Below, piece by piece: positions 25,681-38,490 of a stretch of DNA of 64,000 bases. Both the position numbers and the translations under genes were made by a program. The notes under the pieces are model-generated. The model made no database searches, was not told the origin of the DNA, and worked only from the letters and a program-made list of their open reading frames with translations. Every line of letters starts with the position of its first letter. Within the stretch, counting starts at the first letter, position 1. This DNA is from Sphyrna mokarran (taxonomy: Eukaryota), in the NCBI GenBank assembly GCA_024679065.1, contig JAGIQG010000008.1, positions 83,204,001-83,268,000 of the forward strand, in the 5' to 3' direction.

Positions 25681-26904
25681 AACATAACTGACTCGAAGTT
25701 TATGGAGCAAGTAACCTCAAGTTCCAGATTCTATTCTCAATGTTCAATTATAATCCAAATTCCAGACATTAAGTGCAGGATTGAATTTGCTGTGATGTTA
25801 TCCTTGACCGAATAGATGCTTGGGGTCACACAGAGATAAATGGCACTTGAATGAAATAATGGAAAGAATCACATGCTTACGAAACACAAAGTCAATGTAA
25901 TTAGTTGAAAGAAGCAGTGGGACTGGGCAAAAAGAGAAAACATGATATTGGTTGAAACTTATTTGTAAGAATGGGTATTTTCAAAATAGTTTCTATAAAA
26001 CAATTTCGTTAGCTATAACTCAAAAATATTGGAGAATTTTCTTCTTTCAACACTGAAGACCCATCTTTCCAGCAGGATATGTCAATAAAGAAAGCTGGAC
26101 AAACTTCAGGTCCTTTGCAACTATCTTGGATTTGCACTGCACAATGTTTGCATATTCAGTTTTACCCTGCATGCATTTATATATGAAGCATTTCAGAAGA
26201 CTGTTGCAACTGTAAGAGAGAATTTGCACACCAACATGGAAAAGGTCACTCTGAACTACTGATCTGTTTCAAGTGCATTTCATACTAAGATAACAATACT
26301 GACATCCAGCAAGATAGAACAATGATCATTTGAGAATTGTGATGCATTAACATAAACTAGAATTCAACATTTCTTGGTACATAGTTTCTCAATAAACTAA
26401 CAATGTGAATTCACAGTTGTTCAAATCTGAAATATAATTGCCATCATGCATCTCCTATTCATTTCATAATGTATATAAAAAAAATAAAATGGGCAGCAGA
26501 TTGTTAATATCTGAAGAAAGATACATTAATGCTGGAGTTAATATCATTCCTGACTGGAATTCAACTAGCAGCGTTAATCTTTTTGTTGATACTAATAAAC
26601 TTATATCTTTTATTTCAAATCACCAACATTTACTACATATTGCCAGTAACCAGGACCTTACCTTGGCAATTCACAATGACACTAATTTTTTTAATTAGAC
26701 TAATGCCTTGAAATTGTGCTAAAATATATATCGTTTTTTGATGTTAGTAAAGATGCACTTTGAAAATTTTTGGTTTGAGCACTATTATTAAGCTTACTGT
26801 GTCACAAACCAAAATTATTTCTTGGAATGGCGAAGTTAACATGGTAACCAAAATTAGTTTTTAGTTTTTCTGCAAGCTTGCAAAAGGCCTTTTATAAGGA
26901 AGAA

Positions 26905-27020
26905 AGATGGGACTGCATTTTTATATGCATTTCAGGATCAACCGACATCTCACAGCACTTTCCAGGCAACTAAGCAGTGCAGTTACTGTTGCAACATAGG
27001 AACATTATAACTAACTACTC
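26905..27020 (-). mobile_element. DeuSINE/L2-type tail fragment
   Basis: ctgcatttttatatgcatttc..acatctcacagcactttcc..gcagttactgttgcaacatagg. Confidence 0.5.
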
Positions 27021-27021
27021 C

Positions 27022-27450
27022 CACAGAAGACTCATACTGGAATCAGAACATTAACTTGGTTTCTCTCCCTACAGATGAGGCCAGACCTATTGAGTTTTCC
27101 AGAATTTTTTTATTTCAGATTTCCAACATCCACAGTATGTTGTTTTTATTACCTCTTCATCGTACTTCCTCATCCCTAGCTTCTTGAATAAACTGTATTC
27201 TGCTCTTTCAGTTTTTTTCCATATGATCTTTTTCAATTATGCCATCTTTCAAATTAGTACTTCTGAAATATCTTGTCTTACTTCACCAAAGTTGATAGAG
27301 ATCTTGAATATGTATGTTCCACTTCCCATTATGCTGTCTTCACCCCTTCTCTAAACCAAGACAGGATCCCTCCCCTCCACACCACCACCTCCCGCCCCCA
27401 CATCCCCTGTCCTCATCTCCCATATTAAACTGATCATCCTCTCCCACCAA
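27022..27450 (+). mobile_element. Penelope-like terminal repeat followed by PLE ORF remnant
   Basis: agaagactcatactggaatcagaacattaac..ctacagatgaggccagacctattgag; then a C/T-rich ORF remnant (accaagacaggatccc). Confidence 0.6.
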
Positions 27451-27469
27451 ATTCATCTAGAAATTTAGC

Positions 27470-28000
27470 ACATTTTGTGTAAAGAAGCATCTCTGAGTTG
27501 CTGATTCAGACAATTTATATTTATGCTCTCTTATTGTGCTTTCATTTAGTATTTACCTTACCTAAGCCACATGATATATTATCCACTTGAACAAGGTTTC
27601 CCCTTAACTATCTTCTGTCTAGACAACAGAGTGAAGCTTTTAATTTTAAAAAAATCTTTCCATATTGCCTGGCCTCTCTGATTTAATGCAGCAACCCTTG
27701 ATTCTCATATTGGCAGGACATTGCAGATGTGGTTTTAATTGAAGCTCCTGATTGCCAATTTGTTGTAGGATTCTAGTCTGTGCACCTGTATAACTGTTTA
27801 TCATTTGTCATGTTACAATAATAGTATGCCCTTAATTATTTATATTTATAGGTTTTTTCTAAACACAGATTTTATTACTCATCAGCCATCCTCTATTAGT
27901 TAAACTCCATATACTTTCATGCCAATTCTGTTTTTACACTGGATTTAAACCATGCACACTATTATTTATCTTCTGTTAATCACCTGCACATTTGTTCTCT
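27470..28000 (-). mobile_element. Degraded CR1 3' fragment
   Basis: gtaaagaagcatctctgag..taactatcttctgtcta..ttttattactcatcagccatc. Confidence 0.4.
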
Positions 28001-28527
28001 AAGCTGGTATTGAACTCTGGACTGCACGTGGCCATGGCACTTTTTCAGTCTCATTCTCCACAGTTTTCATATATAGATATGCTTTTGTGAAAATGCAGTA
28101 TGACTTTGGGATATAGCCTTTTGCCCTAGATTATATTAGTTTCACATTAAATCACATACCTCGTCGTTTCAAGATATTTTCCCATCACTAGATTTAGGCA
28201 AGCATTTGGTAACATGCCTCAGATAAAAACAATCCTGTAAGCTATTTAACAACCAGACTTATCTCAAATTTGCACAAGTTTTCACACCAATCTTTGGAAC
28301 TAATAAAACATGACATCAAACTTGGTTTGAAGTTTAAAATCTGAAGCTATGACGGCATTTAATAATAATAGTCAGATTTCAATCTAAATCCTTGGATAAA
28401 CAAATAGTGAAATTTAAAATCACTAGGAACTAAGCTAATCAGAATGATCTCTTTTTAATATCTGAAGGAATCATCTTACTGGGACTTTGTGTTTTAGAGT
28501 AGCTAATTTCTAAAATTTAATAGCCAG

Positions 28528-29106
28528 TGTTATAATTATGAGGTTTGATAAGACAGCTGTTTTCAACTGACTTGCACTTTCAATTAACTACCAGGCAGAA
28601 AGCTGGTGGGAGCTCATCCTCTGATCAAAGAGATGGAACTTGTAATGGTTTAAGGACACTGCAAGATTCACCTACATATGGCTGGGAGAAGGAATTGCCT
28701 GACTGATCTTTGCTGCTGGAAATCAATTCAGGAATTCGCAGAAGACTGAAGAAAATGTCTTTTGCTAGACAATAGATGTTGGGACACTGAGAAATGGGGA
28801 GTAGTAAGCCCTGTCAGAGCTGGCAATAACTTTGAACTGGCTCCTGTAAAGACTATATTTTGTGGAGACTGTAGTGTATCATACAAATATTGCATGGGGT
28901 TTCAGTCATGTTCGGGAGTTAAGGGGTGAATTTCTTCCTAAAGAAAAGTGTGTTAGTTGCCTACAAAGTAATGTTTAGACAATGTTGACCTTAGTTTGTT
29001 ACAGTAAAAGTCCTAAAATGTAAAATCCTGTCATGTGATCCTTCTAGTAGGTCATTGGAATTCAAATCTATTTTTAAAAGTCATTGGTTTCCATGGGATG
29101 ATAACA
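28528..29106 (+). mobile_element. Probable solo LTR
   Basis: Terminal inverted hexamers TGTTAT...ATAACA around about 580 bp; the 3' end resembles 10000-10237. No clean TSD. Confidence 0.5.
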
Positions 29107-29544
29107 TTAGCAATATACACATTAATCACACCACATGGCTTAAGTTTGAATATTCTCTCTCTCAAAGCTTACAATTGACCAATCTTGCAATAATGGGACA
29201 AATCTGATACAAGACTTAGGTAAAATTATTTACCAAATTATTTATGCATTAGAAACAAGTTTAAAGTAACAGCCACCAAAGCAAAAGTACAGGAAAGAAA
29301 CAATGAAAGACGAAAAGAAAGAACTTTCATCTATCTAATCCTTCACGTTTCCATATAAATCCTGCTGTGTTTCACAACTAATGTGCTATATATGACTGGG
29401 CTTAGCATTATTCCAGGCTGCTACATCTGTAGTGTTTCACATTTATGGTTTCTTTCTCAACTATAATTTATCTGAGGGATGTCAGTGGGTGAGTATGACT
29501 GCATGTTTCTTGATCTTTAAAATCTGAAAACTTGTTTGTACAGG

Positions 29545-29880
29545 AGGGGCCCTGATTTCTCTGCATTCTAGAATGGAAATAGGGAGGCCAGTTTAAAAAT
29601 AGGAGAAGTCCCATTTAAGGCAGAAATTAGAAGATTTTTGTTCTGCCACAGGGCCTTGAATATTTGCAAATCTCTTCCACGGGGGGCAGTAGAGGTAGGA
29701 TCAATTAATATTTTTAAGGCAGACGTAAATAGATTCTTGATTACCAAAGGAGTCAAAGTTATCAATGATGTATAGAATTTGGTGTTTAGGCCACAATCAG
29801 ATCTGCCACAAATTTATTAAATGGCGAAGAAAGATCAGGGAGCTCAGTGTCCTATTTGTACTCCTTATGTGTATGATCAT
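29545..29880 (+). mobile_element. CR1 3' end
   Basis: cagtttaaaaataggag..ccatttaaggcagaaattagaagatttttgttct..tttttaaggcagacgtaaatagattcttg. Confidence 0.8.
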
Positions 29881-29951
29881 ATATTCATATTCATCATCTG
29901 TGTGTATTGAGGGTAGCTCTCCTGGTTAGTCTGTCCCTTCACTATTTCACA

Positions 29952-30078
29952 TACACTGGATCACCTCAACCTTTGTGGAACAGACTTGAGATTTGTTCTT
30001 CCAATCGCAAATATTTCACAGTTCTGTGCAGATTTCATGTAAATCACAATCTTATGACTTATAATAAAATGAAGAACA
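29952..30078 (+). repeat. Inverted duplicate of 31434-31560 (Gypsy integrase C-terminal segment)
   Basis: Ungapped 127-bp alignment to the revcomp of 31434-31560 with 12 mismatches by hand count; weaker similarity extends to about 29907. Confidence 0.9.
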
Positions 30079-30447
30079 TAAATTATGGCTTATATATATT
30101 ATGTTGTGTTAACATATGAAACAGGATTTATTTTAATGAGCTAGCTTTAATATGTGTATCAATTTATAATGTGATTGCAATTTTGTGTCAATTAGACCTG
30201 ATAAATGAGGTGCAACTCTTTCCTCTCCAAATACAGTAGAATTTTACTATGAGGTACATATATATTGGACATTTCCCTTGCATTAAACCTAATTTCATTA
30301 CAAAATTTTATTAGGAATGACATATAATGAAAGTTTCCCTCGCACAAACTGATTTACTCATAATTTCACATTCTCTTAATGCAATTATTTTAATACCACA
30401 TACATAATTATGTAAATTCTATCCCCCACATTCTGTTAACTGTTTAA

Positions 30448-30790
30448 AGGTGGCATAATGGTAGTGCTGCCTGAGCAAGAAGGACTTGGATTCAAGAGAG
30501 TTGAGAACATCATCTAGACTGATACTTCAGTGCAGGAGTGAGAATGTGCTGCATTGTTGGGGGTATTCTCTTTTAGAAAAGATGTTAAATCAAGATCCTG
30601 TCTGCCCCAATAGTTGGATGTAATAGAACAGCTGGATGTCATAACGAATAGCATTATTCAAAAAATAGAAGATTTTTCCCTGGTGTCATGTTAATTTCTA
30701 GAGTCACAGAATTTGAGAGATGCAAATATCCAATGTTTACTCATCAACCAATATTATAAACAGATTAGCTGGTTATTGTTTTGTATGTTG
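30448..30790 (+). mobile_element. DeuSINE (SacSINE1-like)
   Basis: ggtggcataatggtag head; ctgatacttcagtgcagg..tgctgcattgttgg..gatgttaaatcaagatcctgtctgcc..ccctggtgtc. Confidence 0.75.
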
Positions 30791-30792
30791 AC

Positions 30793-32520
30793 TGTGTGGC
30801 CTATTTTATTGAGTAACTCTGGTCTGCCTCAGATAGTTACTTCAAACAGCTTTATTAATACTGTATATAACCTAGACTACTGAATAAATACGTCTCTCAT
30901 GACTGACTGTTCTATCTACTCCACAGAGTCTCTCACAATTATATTACATCTCCCAATATATCAACTTCTTTTTAGTAATAATGTTAAAGTCTTTCCTAAA
31001 CTATGTGCATTGCATCTCTGTAATTTTGTTCTACTGTTACAAGTTTTATCCAACTCCTAATCTTCCACAATCATCGATAAAGGGACAATAGCTTTTAAGG
31101 ACTGCTGGTAATTGGGGTGTGATCTTCAAAACAGCTAAATTGCAAGGACCAGGGAATCTTTTCAAAGAGAGAGAGAGAAAACTGAAGGACATCAGAATTA
31201 GCATGAATTTATGACAGGAAAATTGTGTTTAACTAATTTGCAAGAAATGGATAGTTGGGGGTCTTGTAGATGAGATGTATCTGGACTGCCAGAAAGCATT
31301 TTATAATGTGCCACACAAAAGGTTAATACACAAGTTATAGAATCATAGAATGTGCAGTACGGAGACTGAGATAACCCCATTTGCCCTGCATTTGGCTGAC
31401 TTATCAAGGATCTGCCTTGTAATAGCAGTAAACTGTACTTCATTTTATTATAATTCATAAGATTGTGATTTACATAAAATATGCACAAAACTGCAAAATA
31501 TTTGTAATTGGAAGAACATATCTCAAGTCTGTTCCACAAAGTTTGAGGTGGTCCAGTGTACATGGAATAAAGTAAAATGAGGGGACCAACTAACAGCAGG
31601 AAAAAGAATTTAACAAAGAGTGACCGGATGTGATCAGTCCAGCAATCGGTAGAAATTGTCCTGGTAATAACAATAGCCAGTGTTCAAAAGGCATGATGAG
31701 TTGTGATTTTTCCAATGAGATTGCCGAGTTATATGCAGACATCTTCACTCACTAAGGATATGCACTGATTGTTGACAACATAGAGGGACTCAATAATCTA
31801 TCACTCTTTGTAGCACAGTGTGGTAATTAGCTATCCTTTTACTGGAAACTGGACTTTGCAATTTAATGTCTGATGGATGGAGGGGTATTGTTTGAGCTTA
31901 CACAGATGATCAGCTGATATTGTAATGCCAGCTCTGGTGTCAATTGTAAAGTCAGAGTTAAAACCTTCAATTTTTAAAGAGATTATAACCAGTAGTCTTG
32001 ATCATGACTGTTCACTTACCTTGGAGCTCTAATTGTGTCTGTCAATATTTCCAATTTCTTGGATAGTTTGCATTTCATGAATGTTTTCCTGGCGTCTTCG
32101 TCCATTGAAATCACTACACTTATAGGAGCGCTTGTCGTTTCTGGTCTTTCCATAATGGAAACACTGCACCTCCTGCAATCCTGGTGATTGTGCTGCTTCT
32201 TTGTACAGCAGCATAAGCACCTCAAGATGGCTGCTGTATAGTTTTCTACCCTTTCACCCATTTTCATTGGTTTTTGAGGGGTCCTTGAAGGAGTCATTTA
32301 GAGCCTTGGTGTCAAGATAGACTATAGTCTTATTTACTGCTTAGACGTCATTCTGTTTAAGTGCACTGAATCACTTGATCAAGTGTGAAGTTTTGTTTGC
32401 GTGAAATGCACATCATTAGAAGTCTCCAGACTTCTCTTCTGCCTCTTGTCTCAGGAAGACATCATCAACAACAAGCCCTACCACTTTGCTTTGATTTCTC
32501 CATGAGGAACAAAAATAGTT
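30793..32520 (-). mobile_element. Deleted Gypsy LTR retrotransposon (gag, protease, integrase tail, PPT, 3' LTR 30793-30948) with nested CR1 RT fragment (31080-31345, +)
   Basis: Minus strand: gag-like LTLDQVIQ, decayed Zn-knuckle region, protease-like FTIDTRAGITI (FKIDTGA), integrase-like TG.P..RLR.VLP. GGGAGA|TGT..AATAAA..CACA LTR. The CR1 insert encodes YLDCQKAFYNVPHKRL. Confidence 0.75.
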
Positions 32521-32639
32521 AAGCAGTGACTGGTGCTTTTGATTTCATCAATCTATGCTGAATAACAGGCATTCACAGTTAAAACAACTGTGTTTCTTTT
32601 GGAAGGCAAAGAATGCTTCATCATTTTGCAGCAAGATAA

Positions 32640-33000
32640 CTAAAACCATTATCATTTTCAAGGCTATCGAATCAAGGCCCACCAATCTCAGCTGACATCC
32701 TGAGAGACTGCTTCAAGTGAACAATGCTGTGCTATCAGTGACATGTAAACTAAAGCTTATTTGTGTTTAAGGGAACATTAACAATAACAGAATTCTCTGA
32801 AAGACAAGAAGTTGCCTTGGCCCTGGTCAGCATTCCTTCTTCCAATACCACCTAGATGAACAGATTAACTGATATTCATGTCATTGCTTCTTGTGATTTT
32901 ACTACATAAAACCTGCTCACATCTTTGCCTTGAAAAATAATTTATTGTACATGAAGCACTTGAGAAGCATGAGATTCATAATGCAGTGCTATATGCAAGG
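32640..33000 (+). mobile_element. DeuSINE (degraded)
   Basis: atctcagctgacatcc..gcccctggtcagcattcc..catgaagcacttgaga..gtgctatatgcaag. Confidence 0.55.
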
Positions 33001-34180
33001 ACTGTTGTATAATAGAAACTGAGGAGTGTTACAGAGCTGCAATTCAATCTTTGATTTTCCACTATTTTTCATGCTGCTAACCATTACTATGCCTTAACGG
33101 CTTTACCTTCCACAGAGTCCATTATTCAGTTCACAACCTTACTATGAGCTATAAAAATAACCACCATCGTTCAGATTAATTTTGATTGTATATTTTGAAG
33201 TTGGATTTCAAGTACTATCGAATGCATTTGATAATTCTGTGAGCAACAGGGATAGGCATGAGCTTATTTGATCAAGGGACCTCTTGTTCTGCTCTATCAG
33301 CTGCAGTGATGGATTTGTTTTTGCAAATTATTTTCTACCTCAGTAAATTATGCTATTAAAAGAAAGAGGAAAGAAAAAAATAAATTGAAAACCACATGAT
33401 TGCACAGTTATCAACCTTTCAGGAATACAGAGTAAGTGTTATCTGATACCATAATGGAACCTGAGGCTTTATTTCTTTCTATTCAGAGCCTAATCAGAAC
33501 TTTTATTGGGATGTGTACAAACAGGCTGATAGCCTGAAGGTAGAACCAGACTTGCATGTCAGAATCTATTTGCAACAACGTCCATGTTTGATACTCAGAG
33601 GAATGAACTTTTTCCTTAGTTACTGTTAAATTAAGAGGTTTACACTTATAGAACATCTTAATCACTTCTTTCAGAAATCTCCGGAGCACTTAAGTAAATT
33701 ATTCTGGAACACAGTGACTGTTGTTCTGTGGGTATCACAAGCTCCTTTTTGCCAAGCGTTACTTTGATTTTTGGCTTCTGGCTTCCTATCAACAATCCTA
33801 TCTGTTGTCTCCATGAGCAAAGTGATATGGAGTAATATTGCTTTCTAATTGAAATAAGGAGCTTTTGACTTGGCTCATCCTGAATTGTTATATGTGACGC
33901 ACCAGGATTTTCCCAGAAATCTCCTTCAAGGTGACATGTCAACTTGTTTCAAATGATCAAGTCAAAATGACCAATAAGACAATTTTAATCACTGTCATTT
34001 ATATAATCCTGTACTGATAATGTTTTTTTTGGTACTTTTCATATTAATGTACCATTTATGTCGATCTACTTTGACAGAGCTTCATCAAAACATCACAAGT
34101 AAATGTTCCAATATATTTTATCTCACGTCAAGCCTCTGACAGATATCAAAACAAGACAGCTCTGCAGTGTGATAGAACAA

Positions 34181-36945
34181 TGTGGTGGTGTAATGGTAAC
34201 GTTACTGGACAGGTTTTCCAGAGGCCCAAGCAAAGCTATGAGAACATGAATTTAAATCTCACCACAGTAGCTGGTAGAATTTATATTCAATTAATGAATC
34301 TGGAATTAAAAGCTAGTCTCAGTAATGATGACCAACAAATCATTGTCAATCGTCCTTAAAGACCCATTTGGCTCACTAATGTCCTGCCATCCTTACCTGA
34401 TCTGGCCTAAATGTGTCTCCAGATTCACAACATTGTGGTTTACTCTTAATCACTTTCTGAAAAAGTCTAGCAAGCCACTGAGTTGTTCTAAATCATGACC
34501 AATTTAAAAATGAATGAAACTAACGAACTGCTTCTCAGCTTTTGGCTAAGATCAAGTGTTGGATCAAGCCAAAGATGGTGGTGCAGTGCCTTATCTTGTC
34601 AGCTTGGATCTTGTTTTTCTCTTGTGGGGAACATCAATTGGATTGAATTTGAATTGGGCTTTGGAGCAAGCAAGAAATAGATTCGGCTCTGTCCAGTCCA
34701 TTCTGATTATTGACTTGGAACTTTAAGAATGGAGTAAAAAAATCTTAAAAAAGGAAACCGACGAAATACCCAGCATCGATCTAGACACAGGAAAACAATG
34801 GCACACCCAGCACTGTCAACTCAGTCCTCCTTACTGACATCTGGGAGCTTGTGCCAAAACTGGGAGAGGTGTCTCACAGACAAATCAATCAACAGCTGAC
34901 AGTCATACTCATGAAAGCTTACCTTACAGACAATGTCCCAGACACCACCAATCACTGGGTATATCCTGTCTCACTGGCATGACAAACCCACCAGAGGTGG
35001 AGCACACAGTGATATACAGTCGGAAGGGAGCTGCTCTACGAGCTCTCGACATTGACTCCAGGCCCCAAGTTTCATGCATCAGGTCAAATGTGGTCGAGGA
35101 AATCTCTCCTTCCTCAGCTGACGAATCAAGTTTGAACACCTTTGAGGAAGTACTGAATGTGTCTTGGGCACAGAACGTACTCTGGGTTAACGTTAATCAC
35201 CAAGAGTAGCTCATTGCACCACTACTGGCTGAGCTGTAGAGTCCTGAAGGATTTAGCTGGGTCTGCAATGGATGTTCAGGGAGCCAAGGAAGAAAAAATT
35301 ACTGGCTCTTGTTCTAATTAATCTACCTCTCACAGACACATCAGTCCATGACAGCAGTGATAAGAATGCCCATTGCACACTTCTTGTGAACCCTTCTTCA
35401 AACTTGAGTATACAATCCATCATGTTGTGTGATATTACCGTCATGCTAAACGGGGTGCTTTCTGACAGATCTAGCAGCTTGGACATCTATTGTGGTGCTG
35501 TGGGCCATCAGCAGCAAAACTTTACTCGACCACAATTTGTAACTTCATGGCCAAACACATCACCCACACCATCATAACCAAAGCTGGGGATCAACTCTGG
35601 TTTAATGAAGGGTGCAGGAGGCTATGCCAGGAGCAACACCAGACATATCAAAAAATGAGGCGTCAACTTGGTGAAACTACAACACAGAACTACTTGCATG
35701 TCCCGCAGCTGAAGGAGGATGCAATACGATGCAAAAGTAGTTACACTTAAATCAACTGATTAGATCCAAGCTCTGCAATCCTGTCACATCCATTTGGGAA
35801 TAACTAACTAACTGGAAGAGGATGGCTTCTCAAATAACCCATCTTCAATAACGGGAAACCCAATACATCAGTGCAAAAGATTCCCTTCATCCTGATGACA
35901 GGATGATCCATCTTCATCTTCTCTTGAGGTCCCCTGCATCATAGGTGACTTCAGCCAATTAGATTCATTCCACACGATATCAAGGAACAGCTGAAGGCAT
36001 TGGATACTGCAAAGGCTTATGGACCCTGACCACAATCCAACAATAGTACTGAAGACGTGTGCTCCAGAACTAGCCATGCTCCTTTGCCAAGTTACTCTAG
36101 CACAGCTACAATAGTGGCATCTAGCTGGCAAAGTGGAAAATTGATCAAGTATGCCCTGTCAACAAAAAGCCCTTCAAATCCAACCCAATGAATTATGCTC
36201 CATCAGTCTACTCTCGATCATCAGCAAAGTGATGAAATATGTAATAAATAGTGCTGTCAAGTAGCACAAATGCAGCAATAACTTCCTTCCTGTCATACAG
36301 TTTGGATTCTGCCAGTCCCACTCAGCTCCTGACCTCATTGCAGCCTTGGACCAAACATGGACAAAAGCTGAACTCAAGAGATGAAGTGAAAGTGACTGCC
36401 CTTGACATTGAAGCAGCATTTGATTGAGTATAACATTAAGAAAATCTTGCAAAACTGAAGTCAATGGAAACGAAGAGGAAAACTCTCTGCCAATTGGAGT
36501 CACAAAGGCAGATAGATGTGGTTGTTGGAGGTAAATCGTCCAGTCCCAGAACGTCACTGCAGGATTTCCTTAGAGTAGTGTTCTCTACTTAACCATCTTC
36601 TGTTGTTTGATCAATGACCTCCATCAGAAGGACAGAAATGGGAATGTTCACTGACGATTGCACAATGTTTAGCAACATTTTTAACTCTTCAGATGCAGTC
36701 TGTGCCTATATGCAGTGAACTTGACAATATTCAGGCTTGGTAACATTCATGCCACACAAGATCCAGGCAATGGCTATCTCCAACAAGAGAGAATCTAACC
36801 ATATCCCTTGGGCATTTAATAAATTAGTTTACCATTACTGAGTTCCACACTAACAATATCCTGGGGATTCTCATTGACCAGAAGTTGAACTGAACCAGCC
36901 AGATAAATAGGATGGCAACAAGAGCAGGTCAGAGGCTGGGAAGAT
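34181..36945 (+). mobile_element. CR1/L2-group LINE relic: tRNA-derived head (34181-34490) followed by APE endonuclease-RT ORF (about 34800-36945), 3' truncated, many frameshifts
   Basis: A box TGGTGTAATGG (34186-34196), decayed B box at about 34249-34260. EN motifs LLTDIWELVPKLGE, YLTDNVPD..GYIL, TRGG. RT motifs CAPELA, KWKIDQVCPVNKK, ALDIEAAFD, GFP.SSVL, MFTDDC. Confidence 0.85.
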
Positions 36946-37343
36946 GGTCATCTCATTTTGATGACTAGGGATGGGGGAGACATTCACCTCATCAATGCCC
37001 AGTGTGTTTGACCTAGATTAAATCCCAGTGTCTAATTCACTGTACCTCTCAGAAAAACATCCAATGACAGAAAATAATGACATTACATCCTACTAAATCT
37101 GTAAAACTTGGCCTTATCAATTAATATTTGTGGTTTCAAACAGATCATCTCTTTCTGAATAGTGGAAGCTGAGTCATCTGAGTATTATCACTGCACAGCA
37201 CAAGTTTGCTATCAACAACTGCCCAAAGCACTACACTAAGTTATAACACCATGCTCAAAACTGACATGCCCAGTTGTTACATTTTCAGCAAAAGTCATTC
37301 CTTAGTGTATAGTGTCAGTATGTATATGTCAGAGAATAATATT

Positions 37344-37404
37344 ACATAGAACATAGAACAATACAGCACAGAACAGGCCCTTCGGCCTTCGATGTTGTGC
37401 CGAC
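37344..37404 (-). mobile_element. Short CR1 3' terminus
   Basis: acatagaacatagaacaatacagcacagaacaggcccttcggcc; CpGs retained, so relatively young. Confidence 0.75.
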
Positions 37405-37689
37405 CAAAATAAAAAGCAATGCCCCTCCAAACTAAACCATTCCCTTCTCTTCCATATACTTATCAATTAATATTCTTCCAAAGCAGAATCACAACATTGT
37501 TTAAATAAACCAGAGCAACATGTTAAAAATGGTAATGCTTATAAATAAGCATCTGTTCAAGCTTATAGATGAAATCATTTCCTCCTGTCTCATGGAAACA
37601 CAATTTTTTTTAAAAATTCACCCATTCCGTCTATGCAACTAATTATTTCTACAATAGCATTCACCAATTTTGCATTATCTTTTGCTAAA

Positions 37690-38085
37690 GGAAAGACTTT
37701 CCCTTATGTAACACCTTTCATGACCAATTGCCCCAAAGCATTTTACAGACCAAGTTATTTTTGAAGTATAGTTACTGCTATAAAGTAGGAGTCAAGGCAG
37801 CCTATTTGTGAACAGCGAACTCCCATAAACAGCAATATGCTAACCAGAGAATATATTTGCATGTTGTTAATAGAGAGGCAAATATTGGCCAGGATTCATT
37901 GCTTCTCTTTTTAGTGTCGTGAGATCTTGTATATCCATCCATCTGAGGGAACAGACAGTCTTGACCAAAAAACTGCAGCCAACAGCTCCCTCCATACTGC
38001 ACTTCTATGTCAGCCTTGATCTTTGTATTCAAGTCCTGGCGTGGGACCTTCAAACTTCTGACTCAGAGACAAGTGTGCTACCTGA
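37690..38085 (-). mobile_element. DeuSINE (SacSINE1-like)
   Basis: ccaaagcattttacag..ctcccataaacagcaat..aatattggccagga..catccatctgagg..ctccctccatactgcact..tgtcagcct..ttctgactcagag. Confidence 0.8.
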
Positions 38086-38167
38086 AGTTATATTTAAAAA
38101 AATAGTAATGTTGAGTTGGCATAAGATTTAAGTACTGAAGGAAGTTTTTGATACCCACAGCAAGACA

Positions 38168-38490
38168 GGGTGGAACTGTGACACAGTGGTTGCACTATGG
38201 CCTCACAGCGCCAGGAACCCAGGTTCAATTCCGGTCTTGGATGATTGTCTATGTAGTATTTGCATATTCTCCCAGTGTCTGCATTGATTTCCTCTGGGTG
38301 CTCTGGTTGCCTCCTACAGTCCCAAGATATGCAGGTTAAGTGATTGGCCATGCTAAATTACCCCTTAGTGTCCCAACATGTGTAGGTTAGAGGATGTGGA
38401 GTAACTATGTAGGTTTATAGGGATAGGTTCTGGATGGGATGCTTTGTTGGTGTGTCCGTGCAGACTTGATGCACTGTATGGATTCTGTGA
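38168..38490 (+). mobile_element. HE1-like V-SINE
   Basis: gcctcacagcgccaggaacccaggttcaattccgg, V-domain, tgattggccatgctaaatt, CR1 tail. Confidence 0.9.
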
